From the IMG/VR virus record IMGVR_UViG_3300046794_000311, positions 1 through 64,000 of that record: DNA of 64,000 nt. One strand, written 5' to 3'. This DNA comes from a virus. Each line of letters begins with the position of its first letter. Within the stretch, counting starts at the first letter, position 1. The notes below the pieces were generated by a model. The model was not told the DNA's origin, ran no database searches, and saw nothing but the letters and a program-made list of their open reading frames with translations. Both the position numbers and the translations under genes were made by a program. Shown piece after piece: positions 29,026 through 38,139 of the stretch.

Positions 29026-29559
29026 TGTGGATTCCTCTTTCGGTGCTTACCGGGTTTGCTGGACGGTCCAGCCCGGTTCCTGCACCGGACCCTCTTCGTC
29101 CTCTTCACGATTATGAGGGCAGTCAGGCCCTGAATAGACATGTTGGCCGTCTACGAATACGCAGCGGGATGTGTACATGTGGGTCTCCTACAGGGAACTG
29201 CCTGCCTCGGTATTCGAGCCTAGCGGCATTCCGGCCGGAGTTTCCCATGGCTGCATTCCGGCGAACTGATCGGCGGATAGGAGTTGCTGCCGAAGGGGTG
29301 CCCCGCCGACGGTGAAGGTGTATCCGCCTGCGTAGGCGTCGCCGGTTGCGGGGATGGGTTCAGGCACCTTGGGCATGGCTCTCCTCCCGGGCCTGGGCGA
29401 AGCCGGTGCGCAGCCGTACGAGGCGCACTCTGGTGATGCGCAGTCGGCTCATGTGCTCGGGGGTTGATCCGACGGCCTTGGACACTTCGTCGATGCAGCG
29501 GTCCACGAGGTCTTCGAGGTCGGAGATGTCGTCTCGTCGTGTCTGGCGCAGCAGGGGCA

Positions 29560-29901
29560 TCACGGCCTCCTCCGGCGGGGCCGGGGGCCTCCGTCGCTCT
29601 GGAACAGATCCAATACGTCTTCCAGGACGTCGGTGACGGTGGCCTGGGTGGCGACACTGTCCCGGGTGGCCTGGACGAGGTCCTTGGCGGCGGAGACCAT
29701 CTGCTCGGCGAGGGGTACGACCTTCTCGGTCAGGGCGCGGAGGCGCTTGTTCTCTTCGACCTCGCGCCGGTATGCCTTGCCTGAGACGACGATTTCGGTG
29801 ACGAACACGGCGAAGATAAAGGCCGCGATCGGGCCGAGGACCAAGGGGTTGTCGACGGACAGTCCGCCCCCTCCTGATCCCGAAGCGAGAAAAAGAAACA
29901 T
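29560..29901 (-). CDS. Single-TM membrane protein with coiled coil (holin-like?)
   Basis: LVLGPIAAFIFAVFVTEIVV TM segment followed by a charged helix. Confidence 0.55.
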   Translation of the reverse strand: MFLFLASGSGGGGLSVDNPLVLGPIAAFIFAVFVTEIVVSGKAYRREVEENKRLRALTEKVVPLAEQMVSAAKDLVQATRDSVATQATVTDVLEDVLDLFQSDGGPRPRRRRP

Positions 29902-29961
29902 CCCGGGTACCGTCCGTCGCTTTGGGGGTTGCGACTTTTAATGGTACCCGGGATGTTTCTT
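29893..29961 (-). terminator. 19-bp perfect inverted repeat overlapping the ATG of 29560..29901
   Basis: AAGAAACATCCCGGGTACC (29893-29911) / GGTACCCGGGATGTTTCTT (29943-29961), followed by a U-rich tract on the minus strand. Confidence 0.65.
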
Positions 29962-29973
29962 GGCCTATTAGGT

Positions 29974-30261
29974 CTAGAGATTAAGTCCCTTCTTCTGGAG
30001 TCGGTTCTTCAGCTTCGTGTAGGCGACGCTAACTGGCGTGAGTCCGCAGATCTCGGGAGTTTGCTTCTCTTTGTCTTCATCGGTCCAGTCCTTCTTCGGC
30101 TTGTCGAGGGGCGGTGGGGTCCACTTGAGGTGGTTGCCTCCGGTGACCTCGATCTCCCAGCCCTGCTTGCGGGCCTTCTTGGCCAGCGCCTCGGTCTCCT
30201 TGTTGGTGCCGAGTTTCCCGCGTGTGCCGCTACCGGCAACTGCCTTGCCCTTGGGGGGCAT
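29974..30261 (-). CDS. HicA-like (dsRBD-fold) protein
   Basis: LAKKARKQGWEIEVTGGNHLKW resembles the HicA GW...G(S/N)H motif. Basic 95-aa protein with a GGAGG RBS. Confidence 0.6.
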   Translation of the reverse strand: MPPKGKAVAGSGTRGKLGTNKETEALAKKARKQGWEIEVTGGNHLKWTPPPLDKPKKDWTDEDKEKQTPEICGLTPVSVAYTKLKNRLQKKGLNL

Positions 30262-30300
30262 TGGGTCCTCCTAGGTCGTGTAGTACTTGCTGACGTAGTA

Positions 30301-30338
30301 ACTGTATTGGCGTCAGTTACGGCTTCGCAAGCCGAATC
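30301..30338 (-). promoter_or_regulatory. Promoter of the HicA-like gene with overlapping operator
   Basis: TTGCGA-18-TACAGT. Operator-like GTTACGGCTTC-G-CAAGCCGAATC at 30316-30338. Confidence 0.5.
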
Positions 30339-30486
30339 ACCAAACCGCTTGACGTGGCCTAGGTCACATACCGCCGAGTAAGCCTTGACTCACCGAGCGT
30401 CTAAGCCTCTGTCATATGCACGCATCTCTCGGGGCAGCACAAAGCCCCGCCTGCCAGTGTGGCAAACGGGGCTCGGTGTGACCAGG

Positions 30487-30990
30487 TCACGCCCCCTGGA
30501 GGGAGGCCAGTGTCTTCTGGACCAGGTCGGAGTACTCCTGCTGATGGGCGGCGATCAGGGCGGCCGTGGCCAGCTCGGTGGCCTTGGCGAAGCGGGCCTC
30601 CTCCTTGCGGCGGTCACCGATGGCCTTGAAGTGCTCGTAGCTCTCCGGGGAGGCGTAGTACTGGGCGCTGGCCATCAGCCCAGCCGAGGGCACACCGATC
30701 GCGTACCACTCGGGCCCGTTGTAGGCGTGCACCTGGTCATCTACGAGCATCCTGGCCAGCAGCCGCTCGGCGGCCGGTACGTCGATGACCTTCCGGGCGA
30801 AGGTCATCTGCGGGACACGGTAGTTCCACTCCGGCTGGACGGCCTTGGCCACGGCGATGATCAGGTCCGGTCGGCTGGACACTTTCGGGGCGTGGTCGTT
30901 CAGAGCCTCCAGGATCATCTCCTTGGTGACCTCGACCTTCTCAGGCAGGGCATCTCCACCGACGGGGTACCGGCGGGCACGGGTTCCCAT
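30487..30990 (-). CDS. Hypothetical protein
   Basis: GAGG RBS and GC3-rich codons, followed by a hairpin at about 30440-30478. Confidence 0.65.
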   Translation of the reverse strand: MGTRARRYPVGGDALPEKVEVTKEMILEALNDHAPKVSSRPDLIIAVAKAVQPEWNYRVPQMTFARKVIDVPAAERLLARMLVDDQVHAYNGPEWYAIGVPSAGLMASAQYYASPESYEHFKAIGDRRKEEARFAKATELATAALIAAHQQEYSDLVQKTLASLQGA

Positions 30991-31001
30991 GGTCTACGAC
31001 C

Positions 31002-32141
31002 TCACTTTCCGATGGTGTCGCGGCGCCGGAACGGGTCCTTGCGCTGCGGGTCGACGGGGACGATCTGCGTGGGGGCGTCCACGCCCTCCGGCAGGTCCTC
31101 CAGCTTGGTCCAGTACGGCTCCACCCAGGTGGTCGTCGACTGCGTGCGCTGGCCGGACTTCCCCGGCCCGATCCAGACCGTCTTGAAGTGCCCGGCCCGG
31201 TGCTGGGGGCCGTACTCGACGCCGGAGGGGATGGACAGGCCGTCGCGGTTCACCGCTGCGGCCCGCTGCCGGGCGGTGTGCAACTGCGGACCGACGTACC
31301 AGCCGACGCGGACCCAGAACGGATCACGGTCCTTTGGCTTGCGGCCCTTGCCGGTCTTCTTCTTGCGCGTCTGGACCCACTCCGGGGGCTCCTTGACGTC
31401 CCTGTTGTCGGTGCACAGGTAGGTCAGCACGGAGAACGCCTTCTGGAGGATGGGGCGGAACGTCTTGACGGCCTCGGTCCGGTCTTTCCCGTCGGCGCTA
31501 CCCCCCTGCCACTCCTCGGCGAAGCGGATGGCCTCGTCGGCGGTGAAGGTCTTCCTGTCCATCGGCAGCGGGATGAGGTCGCGGTGGCCCCCGGCGACGA
31601 TCTCCCCGGTGTCCTCGTCGACCACGTCGTAGCAGAAGAGGAGCGCCAGGCCGTCGCGGTCGGGGTCGTTGGAGCTGCACAGTCCCATGCCGGAGAAGCC
31701 GACGATGAAGAAGCACCGCACGTAGCCCTCGGCCAGGCCGCCACGGCCCTTACCTGCGGGCCAGGGGTCGGGGATGACAACCATGGGGTTGATGTGCGGC
31801 AGCCGGTCGAAGAGTTGGCCGGGCACCTTGGACATCTTGGAGCGGTACAGCGCGTCGGCCAGCTCCTCGTGCAGGTCGTAGACGACCCGGCCGTTGCGCT
31901 TCCACAGCTCGCTGACCGCGATCTCCCCCATGAGGTCGCCGACGCGCTCCAGCGTGGCCTGGTCGAACTGGACGCGGTCCTGCTGGTCCCAGCCCGGAGC
32001 GATCCCCCGCATCATCGCGTCGATCCGTCGCGAGATCTTCGGCACGCTTCGCAGCTCTTGCGATGCCTCCGTGAGCTTGTCCACGTGCGCCATGGCCGCC
32101 TTGTGCGCTTCGGCGGCCCTGCGGGTTCTGTCTTGTGCCAT
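31002..32141 (-). CDS. Hypothetical protein with C-terminal PQHRAGHFK motif
   Basis: Long ORF with its own promoter at 32177-32205 and a GGAGG RBS before ATG 32141. Confidence 0.7.
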   Translation of the reverse strand: MAQDRTRRAAEAHKAAMAHVDKLTEASQELRSVPKISRRIDAMMRGIAPGWDQQDRVQFDQATLERVGDLMGEIAVSELWKRNGRVVYDLHEELADALYRSKMSKVPGQLFDRLPHINPMVVIPDPWPAGKGRGGLAEGYVRCFFIVGFSGMGLCSSNDPDRDGLALLFCYDVVDEDTGEIVAGGHRDLIPLPMDRKTFTADEAIRFAEEWQGGSADGKDRTEAVKTFRPILQKAFSVLTYLCTDNRDVKEPPEWVQTRKKKTGKGRKPKDRDPFWVRVGWYVGPQLHTARQRAAAVNRDGLSIPSGVEYGPQHRAGHFKTVWIGPGKSGQRTQSTTTWVEPYWTKLEDLPEGVDAPTQIVPVDPQRKDPFRRRDTIGK

Positions 32142-32176
32142 CGGTCCCTCCCTGACGTGCAAATCCTACGGGCAGG

Positions 32177-32205
32177 AACCTACCCATCACGTTACGTGTT
32201 GTCAA
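32177..32205 (-). promoter_or_regulatory. Housekeeping sigma (HrdB-type) promoter
   Basis: TTGACA-17-TAGGTT. Shares CTTGACAACACGTAAC with the promoter at 59422-59451. Confidence 0.65.
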
Positions 32206-32336
32206 GCGGTAACTTGAATCACTTTGACGAAACGGTCCGGGCAGCACGAAGCCCCGGCCACTGCCTCGGGGGAGGGGCAAGGTGCCGGGGCTTCCTTCCG
32301 TACCGGTCAGCGCTCACGGGGAGGCCGGTACGGGAC

Positions 32337-32627
32337 TTAGACCTGCTCTGCTGGCTCGACCTGTCCAGGGTTGGGGACCAGCAGAGCAGGGGCTTCGGGA
32401 GGACCGTCCTCGTGCCGGACGACCCTGAAGTAGTTCGTGGTGAGCAGCCGGAAGCCGAAGTGGGCTGTACGGCCCGCGTGCTTGAGCGCCCACGTCTGGC
32501 ACTCGTCGTACGGCAGACAGCCGGAGGTCTCAGGGCAGGACGTGCACTCCATCTCCTCCATGTCCCGCTCGGCGCTGGGCTCCGGGAATATCGAGTGGTT
32601 GACGAATCGGTACTGTGCCGTGGTCAC
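32337..32627 (-). CDS. Small Cys/His protein of Streptomyces XRE/DUF397-associated type
   Basis: ECTSC...WALKHAGRTAHFGFR...YFRV pattern. Confidence 0.6.
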   Translation of the reverse strand: MTTAQYRFVNHSIFPEPSAERDMEEMECTSCPETSGCLPYDECQTWALKHAGRTAHFGFRLLTTNYFRVVRHEDGPPEAPALLVPNPGQVEPAEQV

Positions 32628-32851
32628 AGCTCGCCCCTACTCCGGGCGTTGGCCAGCGCGACACCCTGACTCAGCGTCTCAGCCGTGGTCGGCTTGCGCA
32701 GGTCAGCCTTCGAGGTCCACCACTCCAGGCCACCGGTCGTCTTGCGCAGGGCGCAGTTCGTGGGGCCGATCTCCATGACCTCGGCCACGCAGTCCTTGGT
32801 CTCGTCGTACGCCAGCGTGTGCAGTTCGGGCTCGTACCACGCTTCAGCCAC
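32624..32851 (-). CDS. Small SH3-like hypothetical protein
   Basis: LRKTTGGLEW motif is typical of genes next to Streptomyces XRE modules. Coupled to its neighbours. Confidence 0.6.
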   Translation of the reverse strand: MAEAWYEPELHTLAYDETKDCVAEVMEIGPTNCALRKTTGGLEWWTSKADLRKPTTAETLSQGVALANARSRGEL

Positions 32852-33161
32852 TGACCTTCGCCTCCTCCTTCTCAGCCGCCGCGACCTTTTCGCGCAGCTC
32901 GACCAGCTCGACCAGGCAGGCCGCCAGGTCCTGGGCGACGTCCGGCCGACATCGGCCGAGGTCGACCAACGGGCTGTCCAGGGCGCTGTGCTCCCGGCTG
33001 AGCGAGGGGAGCGTGACGCCCACCGCCGTGAGCCCGTCTTTAAGCGCCTGGACGGCGTCGTTCGTCTCCTTGACAGACCACCTGGTGGGAGGCATCCCCT
33101 GCTTCTTCGCTCTCGTTCCCGCCATCTGCGTCTCCTTCACCCAGGCCACAGCCGTGCCCAA
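32844..33161 (-). CDS. Hypothetical protein (GVTLPSL...LVDLGRC family)
   Basis: Motif typical of small Streptomyces genes divergent from XRE regulators. True start may be ATG 33126. Confidence 0.6.
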   Translation of the reverse strand: MGTAVAWVKETQMAGTRAKKQGMPPTRWSVKETNDAVQALKDGLTAVGVTLPSLSREHSALDSPLVDLGRCRPDVAQDLAACLVELVELREKVAAAEKEEAKVSG

Positions 33162-33348
33162 CGACTGCGATGCGAACAGCAGTTGGAAAAGGCAGTAACG
33201 ACGTAACCACCCTCCGCTAGTAGCATCCTCTCCATCCGTCTGTCATGCAAGTGCATGAGAAGAGCAAGTGCACGTGAGAGTGAAGGCTGTCCCGTGATAA
33301 GAGGGGGTGGCAGACTGTGAGGCAGTACCCGCAACCTGGGAGGTCACG

Positions 33349-34215
33349 TTGGCAGCCAGTCCGACCGTGCTGAAGCGACGGCTCGGTAGAGAGCTGCGCA
33401 ACTTGCGCCAGTCCAAGAAGTTGACGGCCGCGCAGGTCGCCAAGTCGCTCAACTGGTCCGAGTCCAAGGTCAGCAGGATCGAAGGCGGAAAATCTCCGCT
33501 GTCCGACAAGGATGCCAGAGCACTGCTGGGGCTGTACGGAGTTGAGAACTCCGATGAGGTTCAGCAGTTCGTCGGTCTCGTCCGAAAGAGCCGTCAGGAG
33601 GGCTGGTGGCACAGTTACGGCGACGCGCTCCCCGACTGGTTCAAGGCATTTGTGGGCTTCGAGGCCGACGCGTCGGAGATCCGCACCTACCAGAACGAGC
33701 TGATTCCGGGACTTCTTCAGACCAAGGCGTATGCGTTCGAGGTCATCCGCGCAATGAACCCGGAGGAGTCGACCGAGCAGGTGGAGAACCGTGCGTCTCT
33801 CCGCTTCGAGCGTCAGGAGATCCTGGGACGCAAGCAGCCTGCCGCACCGAGGATCTGGACGATCCTCAACGAATCGGTTCTACGTCGTTACGTGGGATCT
33901 GGGATGGTCATGTCCGAACAGCTCAACCACCTGGCCAACCTTGTGGATGAGCACCCGGGCGTCACTGTCCAGATCCTCCCATTCGACGCTGGGGCCCATG
34001 CCAGCATGGGGTACAACTTTTCGATCTTGTCCTTCAGTGACGTCCCCGGCAGCATCGCCTACACCGAGGCGCTGACGTCTGCGACGTACATCGACAAGGA
34101 GTTGGACCTCACCCGCCATGACCAGATCTTCCAACGGCTCATGGCGGCATCCGTACGGCCAGAGAAATCCGTCTCCTGGCTCAGAGAAACTGCAAGGGAT
34201 TACGAACGTGGGTAA
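33349..34215 (+). CDS. XRE-family HTH regulator with DUF5753 domain (WhiJ/Scr1-like)
   Basis: RRLGRELRNLR...WSESKVSRIEGG HTH, GWW, LIPGLLQTKAYA and VQILPF motifs. TTG start after GGAGG. Confidence 0.9.
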   Translation: MAASPTVLKRRLGRELRNLRQSKKLTAAQVAKSLNWSESKVSRIEGGKSPLSDKDARALLGLYGVENSDEVQQFVGLVRKSRQEGWWHSYGDALPDWFKAFVGFEADASEIRTYQNELIPGLLQTKAYAFEVIRAMNPEESTEQVENRASLRFERQEILGRKQPAAPRIWTILNESVLRRYVGSGMVMSEQLNHLANLVDEHPGVTVQILPFDAGAHASMGYNFSILSFSDVPGSIAYTEALTSATYIDKELDLTRHDQIFQRLMAASVRPEKSVSWLRETARDYERG

Positions 34216-34408
34216 CGACCAGCCGCTGGTCTTCGTCAAGAGCAGCTACAGCAACGGACAGGGCGACTGCGTCGAGGTCGCCAAAAAGACCGAGGGCGGC
34301 CGTGCCGTCCGTGACTCCAAGGACCCCGATGGGGCGATCCTCGACTTCACCCCGGGTGAGTGGACCGCCTTTATCCAGGGTGCGAAGGATGGAGAGTTCG
34401 ACAACTGA
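34208..34408 (+). CDS. DUF397 protein (BldB/Scr2-like)
   Basis: FVKSSYSNGQGDCVEVA...VRDSKDP...EWTAFI..AKDGEFD. Confidence 0.92.
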   Translation: MGNDQPLVFVKSSYSNGQGDCVEVAKKTEGGRAVRDSKDPDGAILDFTPGEWTAFIQGAKDGEFDN

Positions 34409-34419
34409 TCCAGACAAGC

Positions 34420-34458
34420 CAGAAGCCCCCGGCTCCTCGTGGGAGTCGGGGGCTTCTG
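34420..34458. terminator. Bidirectional terminator
   Basis: CAGAAGCCCCCGGCTCC...GGAGTCGGGGGCTTCTG inverted repeat. Confidence 0.7.
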
Positions 34459-34464
34459 CATGTC

Positions 34465-34974
34465 CTACAGCCACTCTCCGGTGATGGCTCCGTGGACGTC
34501 GGCCTCGCGGTAGGTGTCGGGCTTGAGGATCTTGCCGTCCTCGCGCCGGATCACCTGGCCGTCCGGGCCGACCTTACTCATGTTCGAACGGTGAACCTCG
34601 CCGAAGACCGCTTCGATCGGGATCTCCAGGAGGTCGGCGGTGCCGTAGACGATGTACAGGACGTCGGCCAACTCCTTGGCCAGCGCGTCGTACCAGCGCG
34701 GCGCCTCGACGACGTGAGGAGGGCCGAAGAGGGTCGTCTCCGGGTGCGCCTCAGCGTAGTCGTCGAAGATCTGGGCCTTGCGGTAGTTCAGAAGGGCCTC
34801 CAGGGCCTCCTGTACTTCCTCGCTGAGGAGAGTGGACCGCAGGGCGATCAGGTCGTCCCGTCCGGCTTCGTCGCGCTCGATGAAGTACTTCTCCCCCACC
34901 GCGCGGTGCCACTGTCTCAGGGCAGCCATGGGCCGGTGGGGCCGGGTATTAAGCCAGGTCTTCGTGGTGCTCAA
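34465..34974 (-). CDS. MazG-like nucleotide pyrophosphohydrolase
   Basis: LLSEEVQE, KELADVLYIVYG, EVHRSNMSK...REDGKILKP motifs. Confidence 0.85.
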   Translation of the reverse strand: MSTTKTWLNTRPHRPMAALRQWHRAVGEKYFIERDEAGRDDLIALRSTLLSEEVQEALEALLNYRKAQIFDDYAEAHPETTLFGPPHVVEAPRWYDALAKELADVLYIVYGTADLLEIPIEAVFGEVHRSNMSKVGPDGQVIRREDGKILKPDTYREADVHGAITGEWL

Positions 34975-34982
34975 GGGGGCTC

Positions 34983-35486
34983 CTAGAAGGTCTCGGCGAT
35001 GTCGCCGGGGTCGACGGCCAGCGGAAGGCGTCCGTCGTCGAAGAGGTGGACGCCGTTGCGGGAGTACGCCAGGTCGCAGAGTTGAGCGCACTGGAGCCGG
35101 TCCTGGCGTGCGATCCGGTTCGCGACCCACGTGGACCAGATCCCGAAGAACCTGAGCCCGAGCGCGATGTCGTCGAGCCAGCCGTAGCCGATGCCCTTGC
35201 CGTTGTTGGCCTGGGCGAAGCCGAGGGCGGTCTCCCAGATCTTCTCCCGGGTCTCGTCCGGGATGAGGGTGCGGCTGTTGTACTTCGCCTTCGGGTACAT
35301 CGAGATGTGACCGATGCGGGCGCCGCCCGGCTGAGCCTCAACGAGGAGACCGGCCGGGCCGACGATGAAGGCGTGGTTGTACCGGGAGAAGGTCAGCAGC
35401 CGGATGCCCCAGCCGATGATCCCGCCGGTCGCGGTGACGCCGATGGAGCCGATCGGGGGCGGGGTTCCCTCAGCCATTCTGGACAT
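34983..35486 (-). CDS. Permuted papain-like amidase (YaeF/YiiX, NlpC/P60 superfamily)
   Basis: YNHAFI (His) precedes LQCAQL (Cys), with VEAQPGG between them. Confidence 0.7.
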   Translation of the reverse strand: MSRMAEGTPPPIGSIGVTATGGIIGWGIRLLTFSRYNHAFIVGPAGLLVEAQPGGARIGHISMYPKAKYNSRTLIPDETREKIWETALGFAQANNGKGIGYGWLDDIALGLRFFGIWSTWVANRIARQDRLQCAQLCDLAYSRNGVHLFDDGRLPLAVDPGDIAETF

Positions 35487-35721
35487 CCCCCTCGTCGGCC
35501 TTCTTGGGCTTGCTGCGCGGCCGGAGGAAGCCGTCGTAGAGGTACGGCAGGGCGAGGTGCTTGAGACCGGTGTACTGGACGAACGGGTTGATCGGCCCGT
35601 AGGGATAGCCGTCGTCGTCCCGCTCGACCACGGTGGTGACGGTCTTGGAGAACTCGCTCCAGTTGCCGTCCTTGTCCTTCTCGCTGTGGACCACGGTGGT
35701 GGTGGTCGTCTTACGCGACAC
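35470..35721 (-). CDS. Hypothetical protein
   Basis: GGAGG RBS, coupled to neighbours. Confidence 0.55.
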   Translation of the reverse strand: MSRKTTTTTVVHSEKDKDGNWSEFSKTVTTVVERDDDGYPYGPINPFVQYTGLKHLALPYLYDGFLRPRSKPKKADEGDVQNG

Positions 35722-35908
35722 TGTCTTCCTCCAGGGTGTACTTGCCGATGAAGTCGATCTGGAACAGGTTGGGTGCGCGGTCGGCCTTCTCCCGCCAGTC
35801 CGTGATGTGGAACTCGCGGGAGTAGAAGTACGTCTTGGGCTTCCAGCCGTACCGGCCGTTCATCAGGACCCGGACCTTCCAGACCGCGTTGTCGCGGGCT
35901 GTCCTCAC
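35711..35908 (-). CDS. Hypothetical protein
   Basis: GTGA overlap with the upstream gene. Confidence 0.5.
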   Translation of the reverse strand: MRTARDNAVWKVRVLMNGRYGWKPKTYFYSREFHITDWREKADRAPNLFQIDFIGKYTLEEDSVA

Positions 35909-36177
35909 TCGGCGCCCCCGGAGGGGGAGGTATTAAGCAGGCTGAGGATGGTGGCCTCGGTCGGGATCTGCATGAACGGCTCGGCCAACTGCACGGCGAC
36001 CTGGGTGAAGGCGTCGCCGATCTGCTCGTACACGCCGCCCAGACCCTCCAACTTCTCGGAGAACTCCAGGAGGGAGCCGACGACGTCCTTGATGGAGACG
36101 TACGTCTCCTCGTCGTCGCCGACGACGTAGCGGTAGGCGGACTCGTGATCGGATGCGATCTCGGTGACGATACTCAA
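35905..36177 (-). CDS. Acidic hypothetical protein
   Basis: TTG start after GGAG, GC3-rich codons. Confidence 0.55.
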   Translation of the reverse strand: MSIVTEIASDHESAYRYVVGDDEETYVSIKDVVGSLLEFSEKLEGLGGVYEQIGDAFTQVAVQLAEPFMQIPTEATILSLLNTSPSGGAE

Positions 36178-36205
36178 GGGGTTCTCCAGGATCGTGGTGG
36201 TCGGC

Positions 36206-37444
36206 TCAGAGCCAGATGCGGTGCTCACTGGTGACGCGTCCCTTCTCGGGGTGGACGAAGTGCAGGCGCTGGCTCGGGTCGCCGGTCGCGGCCACGAACT
36301 CATGGGCGTACACGTTGTCCGACTCGGGGCTGCCGGTCATGTAGACCGAGCCTCCATTGGCCAACTGGAGTTGCATGGACTGGTGGTAGTGGCCGATGTA
36401 CAGGTCACGGAAGGTCGGCAGGACGCCGGAGGCCCACTGGTTGGCCTTGCGCAGGATGCCGTACGCCGGGATGTTCCCGCCGAAACTCTTGATCTCGTCG
36501 CCGTGGATGGCCATGGCCCGGTAGTTGCCGATGGAGAAGTTCTGGTACCAGTCCCCGGAGGTCTGGAACTTCTTCAGGCGCCCCTCGTGGGCCAGCCGCT
36601 CGCGGACGATGTTGTAGACCATGCGGTCGACGTTGTCGGACGCCTTGATGCCGTCGGACTTCTTGCCGAGGCGGCCGTGGTTGCCGTACTCGGCGACGAC
36701 CTCGACCTCGTCGTAGATCTGGAGGGCCTGCTTGATCGTCCAGATCATCAGGTCGGAGACGTCGAACATCTGCTCATAGAGCGTGCCGTCCAACTCCCAG
36801 ACCTGGCCGGGGAAGATGCTGACGCCTTCGACCATGTCCCCGGTGAAGAGCAGGACGCCCTTGCGGACCGGGTGGTCGGCGCGCTGGATCTCGGTGATCT
36901 CGTGGGCCTTCTCGACGTACCGCATCACGCGGGTCCGCATGATGGTGCGGTCGTACGTGATGGTCTTCTTGCCGCCCTGCCAGTCCGTGAGGTGCCACAG
37001 GGCGACCTCGCTGGCCTTGGTGCGCTTGTCGGCCTTGGGCGGGGCCACCGTGGTCGCTCCGACGAACTGTGCGGCGTCCCTCGCGGCGCGGTAGACGGCC
37101 TCGATGTACTCGTCTCCACGCGCCTTGGCCTTGGTGAACTGCTGGAAGAGTCGGCGGTTGTCGCCCTCCAGGGAGACGATGCGCTCCCTCAACTCCTCGT
37201 TCGCGGCCACTGCCTCGGCCTCGCCCTCCACGGGCTGGGTATTAAGCCGCTTCGGCTCCTTGCCCGGCTCGACGAGGATGGAGCGCTTGTAGCCGTTGGC
37301 CTTGCGCCAGCGCCGGACGGCCGTCTCGGACGTCTCGATGCCGTTGAAGACGAGGTCCGCAGCGGCGGCCTCGTGGCCGACGGTGGGGTCCATCAGGATC
37401 TCGCGGACCCACTCGACATCAGTGGACTCGGTAAGGGCGCTCAA
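36206..37444 (-). CDS. Calcineurin-like metallophosphoesterase with N-terminal HTH/coiled coil
   Basis: LTDWQ (DxH-like), TGDMVEG, GNHGR, HGD and GHYH motifs. N-terminal SETAVRRWRK. Confidence 0.8.
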   Translation of the reverse strand: MSALTESTDVEWVREILMDPTVGHEAAAADLVFNGIETSETAVRRWRKANGYKRSILVEPGKEPKRLNTQPVEGEAEAVAANEELRERIVSLEGDNRRLFQQFTKAKARGDEYIEAVYRAARDAAQFVGATTVAPPKADKRTKASEVALWHLTDWQGGKKTITYDRTIMRTRVMRYVEKAHEITEIQRADHPVRKGVLLFTGDMVEGVSIFPGQVWELDGTLYEQMFDVSDLMIWTIKQALQIYDEVEVVAEYGNHGRLGKKSDGIKASDNVDRMVYNIVRERLAHEGRLKKFQTSGDWYQNFSIGNYRAMAIHGDEIKSFGGNIPAYGILRKANQWASGVLPTFRDLYIGHYHQSMQLQLANGGSVYMTGSPESDNVYAHEFVAATGDPSQRLHFVHPEKGRVTSEHRIWL

Positions 37445-37500
37445 GGTGGTTCCTCTCGCAGGGGGTTGGTGGTGCCGGACCTCCCGGCCCGACCTGGATT

Positions 37501-37530
37501 ACGTTATAGGCATTACGGCTTCCATGTCAA
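37501..37530 (-). promoter_or_regulatory. Promoter with an operator half-site in its spacer
   Basis: TTGACA-18-TAACGT. ATTACGGCTTC at 37512-37522. Confidence 0.6.
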
Positions 37531-37609
37531 CACTCACTCCAGGAGTGAACTTCCGCCACCCCGGGGTCAGCAGCCCCACTCGGACGCCTGACCTGCGCAG
37601 ACTATCCTG

Positions 37610-37632
37610 ATTACTGGTTCTGAACCAGTAAT
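37610..37632. promoter_or_regulatory. Perfect 23-bp palindromic operator variant
   Basis: ATTACTGGTTC-T-GAACCAGTAAT, directly upstream of the RBS of 37647..38066. Confidence 0.6.
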
Positions 37633-37646
37633 GAGGAGTCGCTTTA

Positions 37647-38066
37647 ATGAGCGGTATCGGTGGTTTCACCTACATCTTGACCAACAACGACCTGTCCGTG
37701 GCCCAGCCGGTCCCGGCCGGTGCGGAACTGGTCTCCATCTACGCGAACCTCGGCACGGCGGGCTCTACGCAGTCCACGTTCCAGGTCAACAAGAACGGCT
37801 CGGCCGTCTCCGGCGCGGTCGCCACCGTGGCGGCCTCGGCGACCAAGGGCAACAAGGTCATCTCCAACCCGTACGTCGGCGTGAACGCGGGCAACCAGGC
37901 GGGCTGGACCGACCAGTCCGGCACCCAGTTCACCGCGAGCCAGGGCGGCGTGAACAACGTCGCTGCGCTGGCCACCTTCGCGGCCGGTGACACGGTCTCG
38001 CTGACCAACACCCTGGGCACGTCGGCCGCCAACCCGGGCGTCGTGCTGGTCTTCAAGACGCTCTGA
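37647..38066 (+). CDS. Beta-rich Ala/Gly/Thr-rich protein (possible virion decoration)
   Basis: GAGGAG RBS, very few charged residues, followed by a terminator. Confidence 0.65.
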   Translation: MSGIGGFTYILTNNDLSVAQPVPAGAELVSIYANLGTAGSTQSTFQVNKNGSAVSGAVATVAASATKGNKVISNPYVGVNAGNQAGWTDQSGTQFTASQGGVNNVAALATFAAGDTVSLTNTLGTSAANPGVVLVFKTL

Positions 38067-38139
38067 TCCCCACGGCGAACCCCCGGGCCACTGTTCACGC
38101 GGAGGTCCGGGGGTTTGTTGTATCCATGGAAGGAAGCCC

